DNA from: Bacteroidota bacterium
GTDB taxonomy: Bacteria > Bacteroidota > Bacteroidia > AKYH767-A > 2013-40CM-41-45
Length of the DNA stretch: 64,000 bases
Assembly (NCBI GenBank): GCA_004295015.1
Contig: SHNE01000026.1
Span: 8,675-72,674, forward strand
Direction of reading: 5' to 3'
The notes below the pieces were generated by a model. It did no database searches and was not told the origin of the DNA. It was given only the letters and a program-made list of their open reading frames with translations. The translations under genes and the position numbers were made by a program. Below are positions 7,971 to 17,862 of the stretch, piece by piece. Position 1 is the first letter of the stretch. Each line of letters begins with the position of its first letter.

Positions 7971-10787
7971 CTATCTCGAGAGGTAAAGATTCCGTTCTGA
8001 ATAAACTTTCTGGAAAAACTCGTCCTCCAAATCATCAATAAAGTAAATAGCTTCCCCTGTTGATTTCATCTCAGGACCGAGTTCCTTATTTACATCAAGG
8101 AATTTATCGAATGAGAAAACAGGAACCTTAATTGCATAACCTTTCTTCGTCGGAGCGAATATAAAATCTTTTAGCTTTTTTGCACCAAGCATAAGTTTAG
8201 TTGCGTAGTTGACATAAGGCTCATCGTAAGCCTTTGCAATAAACGGCACCGTTCTCGAGGCGCGTGGATTTGCTTCAATCACATAAACCTTTTCATCTTT
8301 AATGGCAAACTGAATATTAATCAAACCTTTCACTTTCATGGCTAATGCAATCTTTCTTGTAATCGTTTCGATTTGATGGATGATATCATCGCTCAAATCA
8401 AATGGAGGGAGAACCGCATTACTGTCGCCACTATGAATTCCGGCCGGTTCAATATGTTCCATAATACCGATAATGTACACATCTTCGCCATCACATATCG
8501 CATCGGCCTCCGCTTCTATTGCCTTTTCCAAAAAATGATCCAGCAATATTTTATTGTCAGGTATATCTTGAAGGATTTGTACAACGTGCGACTCCAATTC
8601 CTCTTCATTAATAACAATCTTCATGCTTTGTCCTCCTAAAACATAGGAAGGTCTTACAAGAAGTGGAAAACCCAAATCCCTTGCTATTCCGACAGACTGA
8701 TCAGCATTTTCTACTACGCCGAATTTCGGATAAGGTATGTTCAGATCTCTTAATAATGTTGAGAACTGACCTCTATCTTCAGCAAGGTCTAATGATGCAA
8801 AGCTGGTACCAATAATTTTGATGCCGTATTTATTCAATTTCTCTGCTAACTTCAATGCGGTTTGCCCACCAAGCTGAACAATTACCCCTTCAGGTTTTTC
8901 ATGTTCGATGATCTCATAAATATGTTCCCAGAAAACAGGTTCGAAGTATAATTTATCAGAGATATCGAAATCTGTTGATACTGTTTCCGGATTACAATTG
9001 ATCATGATCGTTTCATATCCACATTCCCTGGCAGCTAAAACACCATGGACACAACTATAATCAAATTCAATTCCCTGTCCAATTCGATTTGGTCCTGATC
9101 CAAGAATGATGACTTTCTTTTTATCTGAAACAACACTTTCGTTTTCTTCATCGAATGTGGAATAATAATACGGAGTGCTTGCCTCGAATTCTGCTGCGCA
9201 GGTATCCACTAATTTCCATACCCTGCGAATTTTTAACTCGCCCCTCTTTTTGAATACCTGACTTTCCAAACAACGGAGCAAATGTGCTACTTGTCTGTCG
9301 GCATAACCTTTTTTCTTTGCTTCCATCAACAATTCCTTCGGAATTGTATCGACGGTGTATTTCTCAATTTGTTTTTCAAGGACTATCAACTCTTCGATTT
9401 GACGAAGGAACCAAGGGTCAATCTTTGTAAGCTTATAAATAGTATTGAAAGGAATTCCTAATTTGAATGCATCGTAGATATGAAACAGCCTATTCCAACG
9501 TGGCCTTTCAAGACTATCCAAAATATCTGCCTGGTCTCTTATTTCACGTCCATCAGCCCCCAATCCATTTCTCTTAATTTCCAAAGACTGACAAGCTTTC
9601 TGCAATGCCTCCTGGAAGGAGCGACCAATTCCCATGGCTTCTCCGACAGACTTCATTGATAAACCGAGATGGCGATCACTTCCTTTGAACTTATCGAAAT
9701 TCCAACGTGGTACTTTTACAATAACATAGTCTAAAGTTGGTTCAAAAAAAGCGGAGGTGCTTTTTGTAATTTGATTCTTCAATTCGTCGAGGTGGAAGCC
9801 GATTGATAATTTAGCAGCAATCTTTGCAATCGGATAACCGGTGGCCTTTGATGCAAGAGCAGAAGATCGGGACACACGCGGATTGATTTCGATGACAATA
9901 ATTTCATTCTCATCGTTAGGATTCACCGAAAACTGAATGTTACATCCCCCGGCAAAATTCCCAATTCCGTTCATGCATTTAATTGCGAGGTCACGCATTT
10001 TTTGATAGGTGACATCCGACAAAGTCATTGCCGGAGCAACGGTAATGGAATCTCCGGTATGGATTCCCATTGGATCAAAATTCTCGATGGAACAAATGAT
10101 GATGACATTTCCGGCAGCATCACGCAGCAATTCCAATTCAAATTCTTTCCATCCCATGATTGACTTCTCAATCAATACTTCGTGTGTTGGTGAAGCGTGC
10201 AATCCTCTGTTTAACGCGCCGTCAAACTCTTCTCTTGTATTTACAAAGCCTCCACCTGTTCCTCCAAGAGTGAAGGATGGACGAATAACCAATGGAAATC
10301 CAATTTCCTGTGCAATTTCTTTTCCCTCTAAGTATGACGTAGCGGTTCTGCCTTTACAAACACCTGCGTCAAGTTCCAGCATTCTAAGACGAAATTTCTC
10401 CCTGTCTTCTGTCATCTGAATGGCCGCAATGTCTACGCCTATCATTTTTACTCCATACTTATCCCAAATACCTGCCTTCTGACAATCAATGGCAAGATTT
10501 AAGGCAGTTTGTCCTCCCATCGTTGGAAGAACAGCATCAATCTTATGCTTTTCAAGAATTTGAATGATGGATTTCTTTGTCAGTGGCTTGAGATAAATAT
10601 TATCAGCAGTCACCTTATCCGTCATAATAGTAGCCGGATTCGAGTTAATAAGGGTAACTTCTATCCCTTCCTCCTTTAATGACCGTGAAGCCTGAGAGCC
10701 TGCATAATCAAATTCACAAGCCTGTCCGATAATAATAGGACCGGAACCGATGATCAATACTGATTTTATGGATTTGTCGCGAGGCAC
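7971..10787 (-). CDS. carB: Carbamoyl-phosphate synthase large subunit
   Basis: 938 aa. IIGSGPIIIGQACEFDYAGSQA at the N-terminus, duplicated ATP-grasp halves and an MGS-like C-terminus are unmistakable for CarB. Confidence 0.95.
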   Translation of the reverse strand: MPRDKSIKSVLIIGSGPIIIGQACEFDYAGSQASRSLKEEGIEVTLINSNPATIMTDKVTADNIYLKPLTKKSIIQILEKHKIDAVLPTMGGQTALNLAIDCQKAGIWDKYGVKMIGVDIAAIQMTEDREKFRLRMLELDAGVCKGRTATSYLEGKEIAQEIGFPLVIRPSFTLGGTGGGFVNTREEFDGALNRGLHASPTHEVLIEKSIMGWKEFELELLRDAAGNVIIICSIENFDPMGIHTGDSITVAPAMTLSDVTYQKMRDLAIKCMNGIGNFAGGCNIQFSVNPNDENEIIVIEINPRVSRSSALASKATGYPIAKIAAKLSIGFHLDELKNQITKSTSAFFEPTLDYVIVKVPRWNFDKFKGSDRHLGLSMKSVGEAMGIGRSFQEALQKACQSLEIKRNGLGADGREIRDQADILDSLERPRWNRLFHIYDAFKLGIPFNTIYKLTKIDPWFLRQIEELIVLEKQIEKYTVDTIPKELLMEAKKKGYADRQVAHLLRCLESQVFKKRGELKIRRVWKLVDTCAAEFEASTPYYYSTFDEENESVVSDKKKVIILGSGPNRIGQGIEFDYSCVHGVLAARECGYETIMINCNPETVSTDFDISDKLYFEPVFWEHIYEIIEHEKPEGVIVQLGGQTALKLAEKLNKYGIKIIGTSFASLDLAEDRGQFSTLLRDLNIPYPKFGVVENADQSVGIARDLGFPLLVRPSYVLGGQSMKIVINEEELESHVVQILQDIPDNKILLDHFLEKAIEAEADAICDGEDVYIIGIMEHIEPAGIHSGDSNAVLPPFDLSDDIIHQIETITRKIALAMKVKGLINIQFAIKDEKVYVIEANPRASRTVPFIAKAYDEPYVNYATKLMLGAKKLKDFIFAPTKKGYAIKVPVFSFDKFLDVNKELGPEMKSTGEAIYFIDDLEDEFFQKVYSERNLYLSR

Positions 10788-10990
10788 CTTGCTTTGTTTT
10801 AGAGATGAAAAAATCTAATCTGATAGCAAACAGGTTGTACCTTTCGGAATCAACAATTTCTCCTGTTTATACCGGCGGCAAAGGTAGCTTTTTCGCAGCT
10901 ATATTTTAACAGAATCGTCGATTGTTGAAAATTCATTTCCGAAAAAGAGCGTATTTTGGTGTTTCTTTACCTTTTATCTATAATGTACAA

Positions 10991-11824
10991 ATGTCATTGT
11001 CAATAAGTGCTCAGGGATTTTCCTGGGAATACATTAAATTCGGAAAAGGGCCTGAAATACTGTTCGCCTTTCATGGCTTTGACAATGATGCAAATGACTT
11101 TAGGATATTCGAAAAAGCATTTGGTGAACGATACACTATTGTAGCGGTAAACTTATTTTTTCATGGAAAAAGTGATACGCCAACGCACCATGCAGAAGAT
11201 GAATTTACAGGTGAAATTCTGCAAGACTTATTCAACCGCCTCCTTTACGCAATTTCCTGCGAGCGATTCTCTTTTCTTGGTTTCAGTTTAGGGGGAAGAA
11301 TAATTATGGAACTGACGAAGCATTTTGCGCATCGAATCGATAGAATTTTACTTCTTGCTCCTGATGGATTAAAAATCAGTCCCTGGTATGTATTTATTAC
11401 CAATTCAGCTTTCGGCAAGAAACTCTTCAAACGAATCGTCTACAATCCTAATCGATTTCTCCGGCTATCGAAGTTCTTTTACAAAACAGGCATCATTGGT
11501 GAGAAGCAATACCTCTTCGCTCTAGCCAATTTTGACACCCTCGAGAAACGAAAAAAGGTATTTAATGTGTTGATGATTTTCCGAAACATTTTACCAAAAC
11601 CTGAAGATGTAGGGACTGCACTGAAAAAAAATCCGGTTCCTATTGACATTTACTTCGGGAGAAGGGATACCATTATAAGAGAAACCTTTGGCAAACGATT
11701 CAATAAAAAATCAGACTATGAAACGAAAATTCATTTACTGGATGCAGGCCATAATCTGATGAAAGACAGAATCGTTGAAGAGCTGATTCCCTGGTTGCAG
11801 GACAAAAAAAAAGTGTCAGAATAA
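10991..11824 (+). CDS. Alpha/beta-hydrolase fold protein
   Basis: An HGF oxyanion motif and a GFSLGG nucleophile elbow are present. The ORF is open from 10922, but the Met at 10991 gives the usual spacing ahead of the HG motif. Confidence 0.7.
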   Translation: MSLSISAQGFSWEYIKFGKGPEILFAFHGFDNDANDFRIFEKAFGERYTIVAVNLFFHGKSDTPTHHAEDEFTGEILQDLFNRLLYAISCERFSFLGFSLGGRIIMELTKHFAHRIDRILLLAPDGLKISPWYVFITNSAFGKKLFKRIVYNPNRFLRLSKFFYKTGIIGEKQYLFALANFDTLEKRKKVFNVLMIFRNILPKPEDVGTALKKNPVPIDIYFGRRDTIIRETFGKRFNKKSDYETKIHLLDAGHNLMKDRIVEELIPWLQDKKKVSE

Positions 11825-11857
11825 TCTGACACTTTCAAATGTTATTTAATAGAACAA

Positions 11858-12013
11858 TTATTTGCTGCTCATACTGTCGGAAACAGTCAATACGCGACGA
11901 CCTCTTTTACGACGTGCTGCAAGAATACGACGGCCATTGGCAGTGCTCATGCGCTCACGAAATCCGTGCTTGTTCTTTCTTCTTCGGTTGGATGGTTGAT
12001 ATGTCCTTTTCAT
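11858..12013 (-). CDS. rpmH: 50S ribosomal protein L34
   Basis: Manual translation of the minus strand gives [51 protein letters not shown] (51 aa), the canonical L34 sequence. It falls below the ORF track's length cutoff and is antisense to the spurious 93-aa ORF at 11839..12120. Confidence 0.85.
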   Translation of the reverse strand: MKRTYQPSNRRRKNKHGFRERMSTANGRRILAARRKRGRRVLTVSDSMSSK

Positions 12014-12221
12014 TGGAATTCCTTTGTTTAATCTTCAAAATCAGGACGGCAAAGGTAAATTATTTTTCCTTTTTACCAAAACATCCACACATTTTTAGCT
12101 TTTCTTTTCAAAATGATTGAATTTTCCGAAAATATTCATACTATACTTATATTCAATGCTTTAAAAATAGGCAAAACAGCCATTCAACTGAGTCCGGGCA
12201 CAAACAGAGAAAGAACGCATC

Positions 12222-12560
12222 TTATTTTTCAAACATTTTTTTTAGATGCCGCTCAGTAAAATAAATCAGACAGAAGGCAGAACCCAAAATACAGGTCATT
12301 CCGGCAATAAACCCAAGAGACTCATTTTCGGGGATAATTTGACCTAAGACGGACAACAGTAACATTGAATAGCCAAACCTGAACAACAACTTTGTAGAAT
12401 AGCGATTCCCTTCATCCCAATTTTCCTGGTTCTTCATTGAACGCGGTGTTCTGTAACCATAGACCCGATTGATCTGACCCGGTGGTCGTTTTTTCATGAT
12501 GAATGCTACCAGCAAATATATCAATCCTACAAGCAGGGTGAGGATGCTAAACGAATGCAT
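12222..12560 (-). CDS. SdpI/YhfL-family small membrane protein
   Basis: 112 aa with 3 predicted TM helices. The GYRTPRSMKNQENWDEGNRY segment matches the SdpI/YhfL family signature. Confidence 0.45.
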   Translation of the reverse strand: MHSFSILTLLVGLIYLLVAFIMKKRPPGQINRVYGYRTPRSMKNQENWDEGNRYSTKLLFRFGYSMLLLSVLGQIIPENESLGFIAGMTCILGSAFCLIYFTERHLKKMFEK

Positions 12561-12627
12561 AGTTGGAATCTGTATTGAGAATCAAATTCTGATAACTCAA
12601 ATTTAAATCTTTTATGTGAAAATAAAC

Positions 12628-13236
12628 TTAATGACTAAGGATTGCACTTTTAAAGCCAATCCTTTTCCTTGGCATTGGCGGAGGAGAAATCAATTGCTTG
12701 AGCGTCCTGAAAATTAGTTGTATTTCATTGTCGTGCTTACCGGCTAAAATTTCCTGAGAATTTATTTTCTTCTCCATTTGTTCTAACTTTATTAAAATGT
12801 CTTTATTCTTCAATAACATTTCACGAAGCTTAGCATACACTCTGATGATTTTCAAATTTACTTGAATCGCAGTTTCACTATTCAAAACTCCTGAGAGCAT
12901 GAGTACACCATAATCAGTAAATGCAAAAGGCCGCCCTCGTCTACCTCCCCAACTTGAACTTGAAGTCGCAAATTGCGACTTCAAGTTTTCGAACTCTTTC
13001 TTCGACAATTGAAACATAAAATCCTTGGGAAACCTTCCAGGATTTCGTTTCACCTGTTCATTTAATCTTTTCGTTTCTACTCCATACATTACAGCGAGGT
13101 CTTCATCAAGAATTACCTTTTGACCTCTGATGAAATGAATTTTACTCAGAACGAATGATTCATTTATTTGTGTCTTCTTACCGATTGGGTTAAACTTAAA
13201 TCTTTGACAAAAATGAATTAAATTAACAGGCAACAC
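12628..13236 (-). CDS. ORF6N-domain (KilA-N-related) protein with C-terminal coiled coil
   Basis: 202 aa. The IRGQKVILDEDLAVMYGVETKRLNEQVKRNPGRFPKDFMFQLS...GGRRGRPFAFTDYGVLMLSGVL region is the hallmark of Bacteroidota ORF6N-domain proteins. The true start may lie inside the ORF. Confidence 0.7.
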   Translation of the reverse strand: MLPVNLIHFCQRFKFNPIGKKTQINESFVLSKIHFIRGQKVILDEDLAVMYGVETKRLNEQVKRNPGRFPKDFMFQLSKKEFENLKSQFATSSSSWGGRRGRPFAFTDYGVLMLSGVLNSETAIQVNLKIIRVYAKLREMLLKNKDILIKLEQMEKKINSQEILAGKHDNEIQLIFRTLKQLISPPPMPRKRIGFKSAILSH

Positions 13237-13303
13237 AATCTCAAAGAAGAGGGTTTATATTTGATGAACCTGATAATAATTCAATAGTGCTCAATAATAA
13301 AAA

Positions 13304-13939
13304 TCAAACGTTTACCCGGATATAGATGACCCTTTTAGTCTCAAAAAACTCTTCCTTAAAAAAATCGTTCAAGTCAAAAGTTAAAACTTTCCTGCTAAGC
13401 TCACGAATTTCCTGATGCAGGTCTCCACCCTTTAAAAACAGCATTCCATTCTGAAGTGTATTCTTTCCTCCCGGTTGAATAAGCTTATTCGTCCAGCTAT
13501 ACATTTCTTTTAATGATGTGACAGCGCGGCTTACTACAAAATCAAATTTATCTTTAATCTCCTCCACTCTTACTTTCTCGGCACTTAAATTTGTCAATCC
13601 CAATTCTTCAGCAATAGCCTTCACAACTGTGATTTTCTTGCCGACTGAATCTACCAGATGAAAGGTACATTCAGGGAACAGAATCGCCAGGGGAATGCCG
13701 GGAAATCCTCCGCCGGTGCCTGCATCAAGAATACGAGTTCCTTTCTCGAACTGGATTACTTTTGCAATCCCAAGCGAATGTAGCACATGATGCACGTAAA
13801 GGTTTTCCATATCCTTACGTGAAATAACATTTATCTTTTGATTCCAATCAGCATACAAAACTGAAAGTTTTTTGAACTGTTCTTTTTGCAATGCACTTAG
13901 CTCAGGGAAATACTTTTCTAAAACTGAAATGTCATTCAT
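13304..13939 (-). CDS. rsmG: 16S rRNA (guanine527-N7)-methyltransferase
   Basis: 211 aa. The SAM-binding motif ILDAGTGGGFPGIPLAI and the overall GidB/RsmG pattern are present. Confidence 0.9.
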   Translation of the reverse strand: MNDISVLEKYFPELSALQKEQFKKLSVLYADWNQKINVISRKDMENLYVHHVLHSLGIAKVIQFEKGTRILDAGTGGGFPGIPLAILFPECTFHLVDSVGKKITVVKAIAEELGLTNLSAEKVRVEEIKDKFDFVVSRAVTSLKEMYSWTNKLIQPGGKNTLQNGMLFLKGGDLHQEIRELSRKVLTFDLNDFFKEEFFETKRVIYIRVNV

Positions 13940-14022
13940 AATGATACGGTATTGCTAAAAAGATATCCTTCCCCGAAAAAAAATCAGAGAATCCATGATA
14001 AATCGATTCATTCTTTCGTAGA

Positions 14023-14628
14023 CTAGATCTGCTCTTCCTGATTTTTTAAAATCTGGTACAGAAATTCGCGGGCTCTGAAAAGCTGAGCTTTTACAGTTCC
14101 TAATGGTAACTGCAACTCGTCTGCAATTTCCTCATAAGAACGCTCCTGAAAATAGCGCAACTCAACCAGTCGTTTGTATCTGGGCTTTAGCTTTTCAACA
14201 ACGTCCCGCATCAAGAGTGCCTTTTGCTTTTTAATCATATTCTCCTCCGGATCAAGCATGGGGGATTTGATTTCAAACTGCATCTCTTGCCCGTCGCTAT
14301 TCTCAAAATTCTTGTCAATCGAAAAAGTGTATTTCCGTTTACGACGAATGAAATCAATGCAATTATTCGTTGCTATTTTGAACAACCATGTACTGAAAGC
14401 AAAATCCGGAGTATACTGATGCAGGTTTTTAAATGCTTTTCCAAATGCTTCGATAGTAAGATCGTCTGCATCATCCCGATTATTCACCATCTTCAGCAAC
14501 ATGAAGTAGATCGAATCTTTATAGCGTTGCATCAATTCCGCGTAGGCTTTTTGGTCACCTGTCACGGCCAACTGGACGAGCTTAAAGTCCACTTGTGCTT
14601 TCTCGGAAAGATTAGGATTTACTTCCAT
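14023..14628 (-). CDS. RNA polymerase sigma-70 family factor (ECF-type, regions 2 and 4)
   Basis: 201 aa. Region 2 (FSTWLFKIATNNCIDFIRRKRK) and the region 4 HTH (SYEEIADELQLPLGTVKAQLFRAR) are recognisable. The start overlaps the upstream GT2 gene by 10 nt. Confidence 0.8.
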   Translation of the reverse strand: MEVNPNLSEKAQVDFKLVQLAVTGDQKAYAELMQRYKDSIYFMLLKMVNNRDDADDLTIEAFGKAFKNLHQYTPDFAFSTWLFKIATNNCIDFIRRKRKYTFSIDKNFENSDGQEMQFEIKSPMLDPEENMIKKQKALLMRDVVEKLKPRYKRLVELRYFQERSYEEIADELQLPLGTVKAQLFRAREFLYQILKNQEEQI

Positions 14629-15740
14629 GCTTTTTGTTTTGTAAATAGATTAGTTATATAAAATAGCGGTTGTACCAAAAGGTGCACCGGCTCGAGGATA
14701 GGAAAGATCCAGAATAAATCTTTTTCTCTCAGACGTGAGGTATTCCTCCAAAGAATTGGGAGTTTCAGCAGTAAAACGCCTCCATACAAAGATAAGAGAA
14801 TTCTCCAATCTAACTCAAGAACGAGTAATGTGATTAATAATCCATAAAAAACCCATCCACTGAATGGCACCATAAAGAGACGAAACTTATCGTAAAATTT
14901 ATAATGTGAAGCCGTACTCATATGCCTCACTTTTTGATTTTGCCACTCAGAAAAACCCGATTTAACTTCTGAAACAGTAAATGATTTCGGGTCAATTTCT
15001 ATGGCAGTATTTTTTGATGTTGAATTGGAGTTTACAAAGAGATCATCATCCCCGGAAAACAAATGATTATGCTTGGCAAAACCCTTATTCCTGAAAAACA
15101 AGGATCGTCGATAAGCTAAATTTCTTCCGACACCCATGTAAGCTTTTCCACCTAATGCTGCAGAGAGATAATTCATCGCAATAAAAAATCCATCGAAGCG
15201 AATCAGCTTATTTAAAAAACCCTTTGTCTTCATGTATGCACCATAACCAAGAACTATCTCAGTCTCAGTATTAAAGTGTGATTGCATTATGGAACACCAT
15301 TCCTTGCTTTCAACCGAACAGTCGGCATCTGTCATAAGCAACAATTCATTCTTTGCTGCTTTGATTCCAAGAGTCAATGCAAACTTTTTTCCATGCCTGT
15401 ATTTTTCCTGCTCCACCAAAGTCACTACTTTTAGATGCGGGTACTTTTTGGACATTTCTTCCAGATATTCTCCGGTCTCATCCCACGAGCAATCATTGAC
15501 AACGATTACTTCAAAATCAGGATAATTTTGTTCCAATACACCGGTTAAATTTTTTCTGAGATTCAGCACTTCATTCTTTGCACAAATAATCACGGACACA
15601 GGCTGAACGTTCGTTCCTTCGGCTTTCCTTTTATAAAAAGCCAAACGTCGGAAAGCAATCCAAAATTGTCCCAATTGCATAAGTGCCGCTACTGACAAAA
15701 TAAAGAGCAGGATTAAATTCGTTGATTCGTTGATTTCCAT
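14619..15740 (-). CDS. Family 2 glycosyltransferase, membrane-anchored
   Basis: 373 aa. An N-terminal TM is followed by VSVIICAKNE...VIVVNDCSWDETGEY (the GT2 DxD region), then QxxRW-like features and C-terminal TM helices. Confidence 0.75.
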   Translation of the reverse strand: MEINESTNLILLFILSVAALMQLGQFWIAFRRLAFYKRKAEGTNVQPVSVIICAKNEVLNLRKNLTGVLEQNYPDFEVIVVNDCSWDETGEYLEEMSKKYPHLKVVTLVEQEKYRHGKKFALTLGIKAAKNELLLMTDADCSVESKEWCSIMQSHFNTETEIVLGYGAYMKTKGFLNKLIRFDGFFIAMNYLSAALGGKAYMGVGRNLAYRRSLFFRNKGFAKHNHLFSGDDDLFVNSNSTSKNTAIEIDPKSFTVSEVKSGFSEWQNQKVRHMSTASHYKFYDKFRLFMVPFSGWVFYGLLITLLVLELDWRILLSLYGGVLLLKLPILWRNTSRLREKDLFWIFPILEPVHLLVQPLFYITNLFTKQKAWK

Positions 15741-16046
15741 CTGACAATTTGTGATCCAAACTTGTGGAAATCACATTCCGACAAATTTAAAATAGTGCTT
15801 CATCCTAAAGTCTCTATCTTTGGGGAGATATTAACGCTATAATGTTGATGAGATTGAAGGAATTATACTGCATTTATTCTCCGGATTTGTGTTCTTCCTA
15901 TCCGTTCTTAACGATTCAACAAAGACAATTTTAATTGAATATTATACAAAATCAAAAAGCTATCCATCAACTAGTCAGCAACTTAACAAATGTTCTGGGA
16001 ACTTGAGATCTCCTGATTTTTAGGATTAATACATCGACTAAATTTT

Positions 16047-17177
16047 ATGCAATTCAAAATTCATCACAAAGACCCCGGCTCAAAGGCAAGGGCAGGCGAA
16101 GTTCACACGGCTCATGGGAAAATTAAGACACCCATTTTTATGCCGGTTGGAACTGCCGGAACAGTCAAGGCAGTCCATCAACGTGAATTAAAAGACGATA
16201 TCCTGGCCCAGATAATTCTTGGAAATACATACCACCTTTACCTCCGTCCCGGACTTAACATTTTGGAAAAGGCAGGTGGCCTTCATCAGTTCATCAATTG
16301 GGATCGTCCTATTTTAACTGATAGTGGTGGCTATCAGGTTTATTCTCTTGCGGACAAACGCAAAATCAAGGAAGATGGAGTTTCCTTTACTTCACATATC
16401 GATGGCTCCAAGCATTTTTTCTCTCCCGAAATCGTTATGGACATACAACGTACTATCGGTGCTGACATTATCATGGCATTTGATGAATGTACTCCTTACC
16501 CTTGCGATTACAACTATGCTAAAAAGAGCATGGAAATGACTCACCGTTGGCTCAGTCGTTGTTGTGCCAGAATTGATGAAACAGAAAATAAGTATGGCTA
16601 TGAGCAGAGCTTATTTCCTATTGTGCAGGGAAGTGTATATAAAGACTTAAGAATAAAATCGGCAGAATATATCGCATCAACAGGACGAGAAGGAAATGCC
16701 ATCGGCGGACTATCGGTTGGAGAACCTGTTGAGATCATGTACGAAATGACTGAAGTTGTTTGCGGTATATTGCCGGAAGATAAACCACGTTACCTGATGG
16801 GTGTCGGAACTCCAATCAACATCCTGGAGAATATTGCGTTAGGCGTAGACATGTTCGATTGTGTGATGCCAACCAGAAATGGCAGAAACGGAATGCTATT
16901 CACCAAAAACGGAATCATTAATATCCGCAATGAAAAATGGAAAGATGATCTATCGCCAATAGACCCCGATGGGACATCCCATGTTGACTCAACTTATTCC
17001 AAAGCGTACCTTCGTCACCTGATAATAAGCAAAGAAATCCTTGGAGCACAAATTGCGACAATACATAACCTGGCATTTTATCTTTGGCTTGTAACCGAGG
17101 CGCGCGAAAAAATTATTGATGGCACATTTACAACCTGGAAAAATAAAATGGTGAAGGTGCTAGGACAAAGACTGTAA
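16047..17177 (+). CDS. tgt: Queuine tRNA-ribosyltransferase (tRNA-guanine transglycosylase)
   Basis: 376 aa. ARAGEVHTAHGKIKTPIFMPVGTAGTVK, LTDSGGYQV, and Zn-site cysteines and histidine near the C-terminus are all present. Confidence 0.95.
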   Translation: MQFKIHHKDPGSKARAGEVHTAHGKIKTPIFMPVGTAGTVKAVHQRELKDDILAQIILGNTYHLYLRPGLNILEKAGGLHQFINWDRPILTDSGGYQVYSLADKRKIKEDGVSFTSHIDGSKHFFSPEIVMDIQRTIGADIIMAFDECTPYPCDYNYAKKSMEMTHRWLSRCCARIDETENKYGYEQSLFPIVQGSVYKDLRIKSAEYIASTGREGNAIGGLSVGEPVEIMYEMTEVVCGILPEDKPRYLMGVGTPINILENIALGVDMFDCVMPTRNGRNGMLFTKNGIINIRNEKWKDDLSPIDPDGTSHVDSTYSKAYLRHLIISKEILGAQIATIHNLAFYLWLVTEAREKIIDGTFTTWKNKMVKVLGQRL

Positions 17178-17184
17178 TTTTTTG

Positions 17185-17295
17185 GCCACGAATACGAATA
17201 AAAGCACATTGAAATCAATATTTAAAAACTCAAGATTCATAAAGATTAATGATGAGGACCAGTCAAATAGCAGACTATATTCGTGCATTCGTGGC
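17185..17295. repeat. Solo, diverged copy of a structured repeat element with terminal inverted repeats (5' gccacgaatacgaat ... attcgtgcattcgtggc 3')
   Basis: It begins 8 nt after the tgt stop codon. The arms at 17185-17199 and 17279-17295 are reverse complements, with a 2-nt deletion in the 5' arm. The interior aligns at roughly 75% identity with the array units at 17863-18460. Confidence 0.7.
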
Positions 17296-17423
17296 AAAAT
17301 AAAAAGCCAATCTTAGCAAGCATTAATCACTAACCTAAAAATGAAAAACCCTAATATAAAACACACACCAAACTATTAATTACAACTCCAGATAACATTA
17401 TTTTCGCAAGAAATTAGTAACGT

Positions 17424-17798
17424 TTGGAAAACATACTACTTAAAGAAGAAAGTTTCCTCATAATTGGCAAATGCTTTGAAGTACACAATAATCTTGGAGC
17501 AGGATTCTTAGAAATTGTTTATAAAGACGCTTTAGAATATGAATTTAGAAAAGCAGGCATTCCATTCGAACGTGAAAAAAGATATGAAGTGAACTACAAA
17601 GGAATAATTCTGGCACATAAGTTTTATGCTGACTTTGTTATATATGACAAAATAATTCTTGAAGTAAAAGGAATTTCAGCAATAAGCGAAGAGTTTGTGG
17701 CACAGGCTATTAATTACTTAAAAGTTTCCAAAAACAAATTAGCTATAATTGCAAACTTCGGTGAATTGAAAATGAATTATAAAAGAATAGTTTTGTGA
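17424..17798 (+). CDS. GxxExxY protein (PD-(D/E)XK nuclease-like superfamily)
   Basis: 124 aa. IIGKCFEVHNNLGAGFLEIVYKDALEYEF contains the family-defining G-x-x-E-x-x-Y motif, and the length is typical for the family. Confidence 0.85.
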   Translation: MENILLKEESFLIIGKCFEVHNNLGAGFLEIVYKDALEYEFRKAGIPFEREKRYEVNYKGIILAHKFYADFVIYDKIILEVKGISAISEEFVAQAINYLKVSKNKLAIIANFGELKMNYKRIVL

Positions 17799-17862
17799 TA
17801 ATTTAAAGAGTGGATGCAAGTGAACATAAGGGTGCTACTTTATAACTAGCCTATATATTCTG

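Noticed and set aside
10009-10419. Antisense ORFs inside carB, and similar internal or antisense ORFs at 828-1103, 19085-19528, 33136-33669, 49131-49817, 52046-52555, 62640-63134 and others
   Set aside because: They are fully embedded in strongly supported genes (carB, asnB, lptG, icmF, the Pmp-helix protein, the PL-fold protein, ettA), opposite or out of frame. Their composition is biased toward repetitive residues (Ser/Pro/Ile). These are typical shadow ORFs.
11839-12120. A 93-aa ORF on the plus strand
   Set aside because: It is Cys- and Phe-rich nonsense with no homology to any family. It is exactly antisense to the bona fide rpmH gene at 11858-12013.
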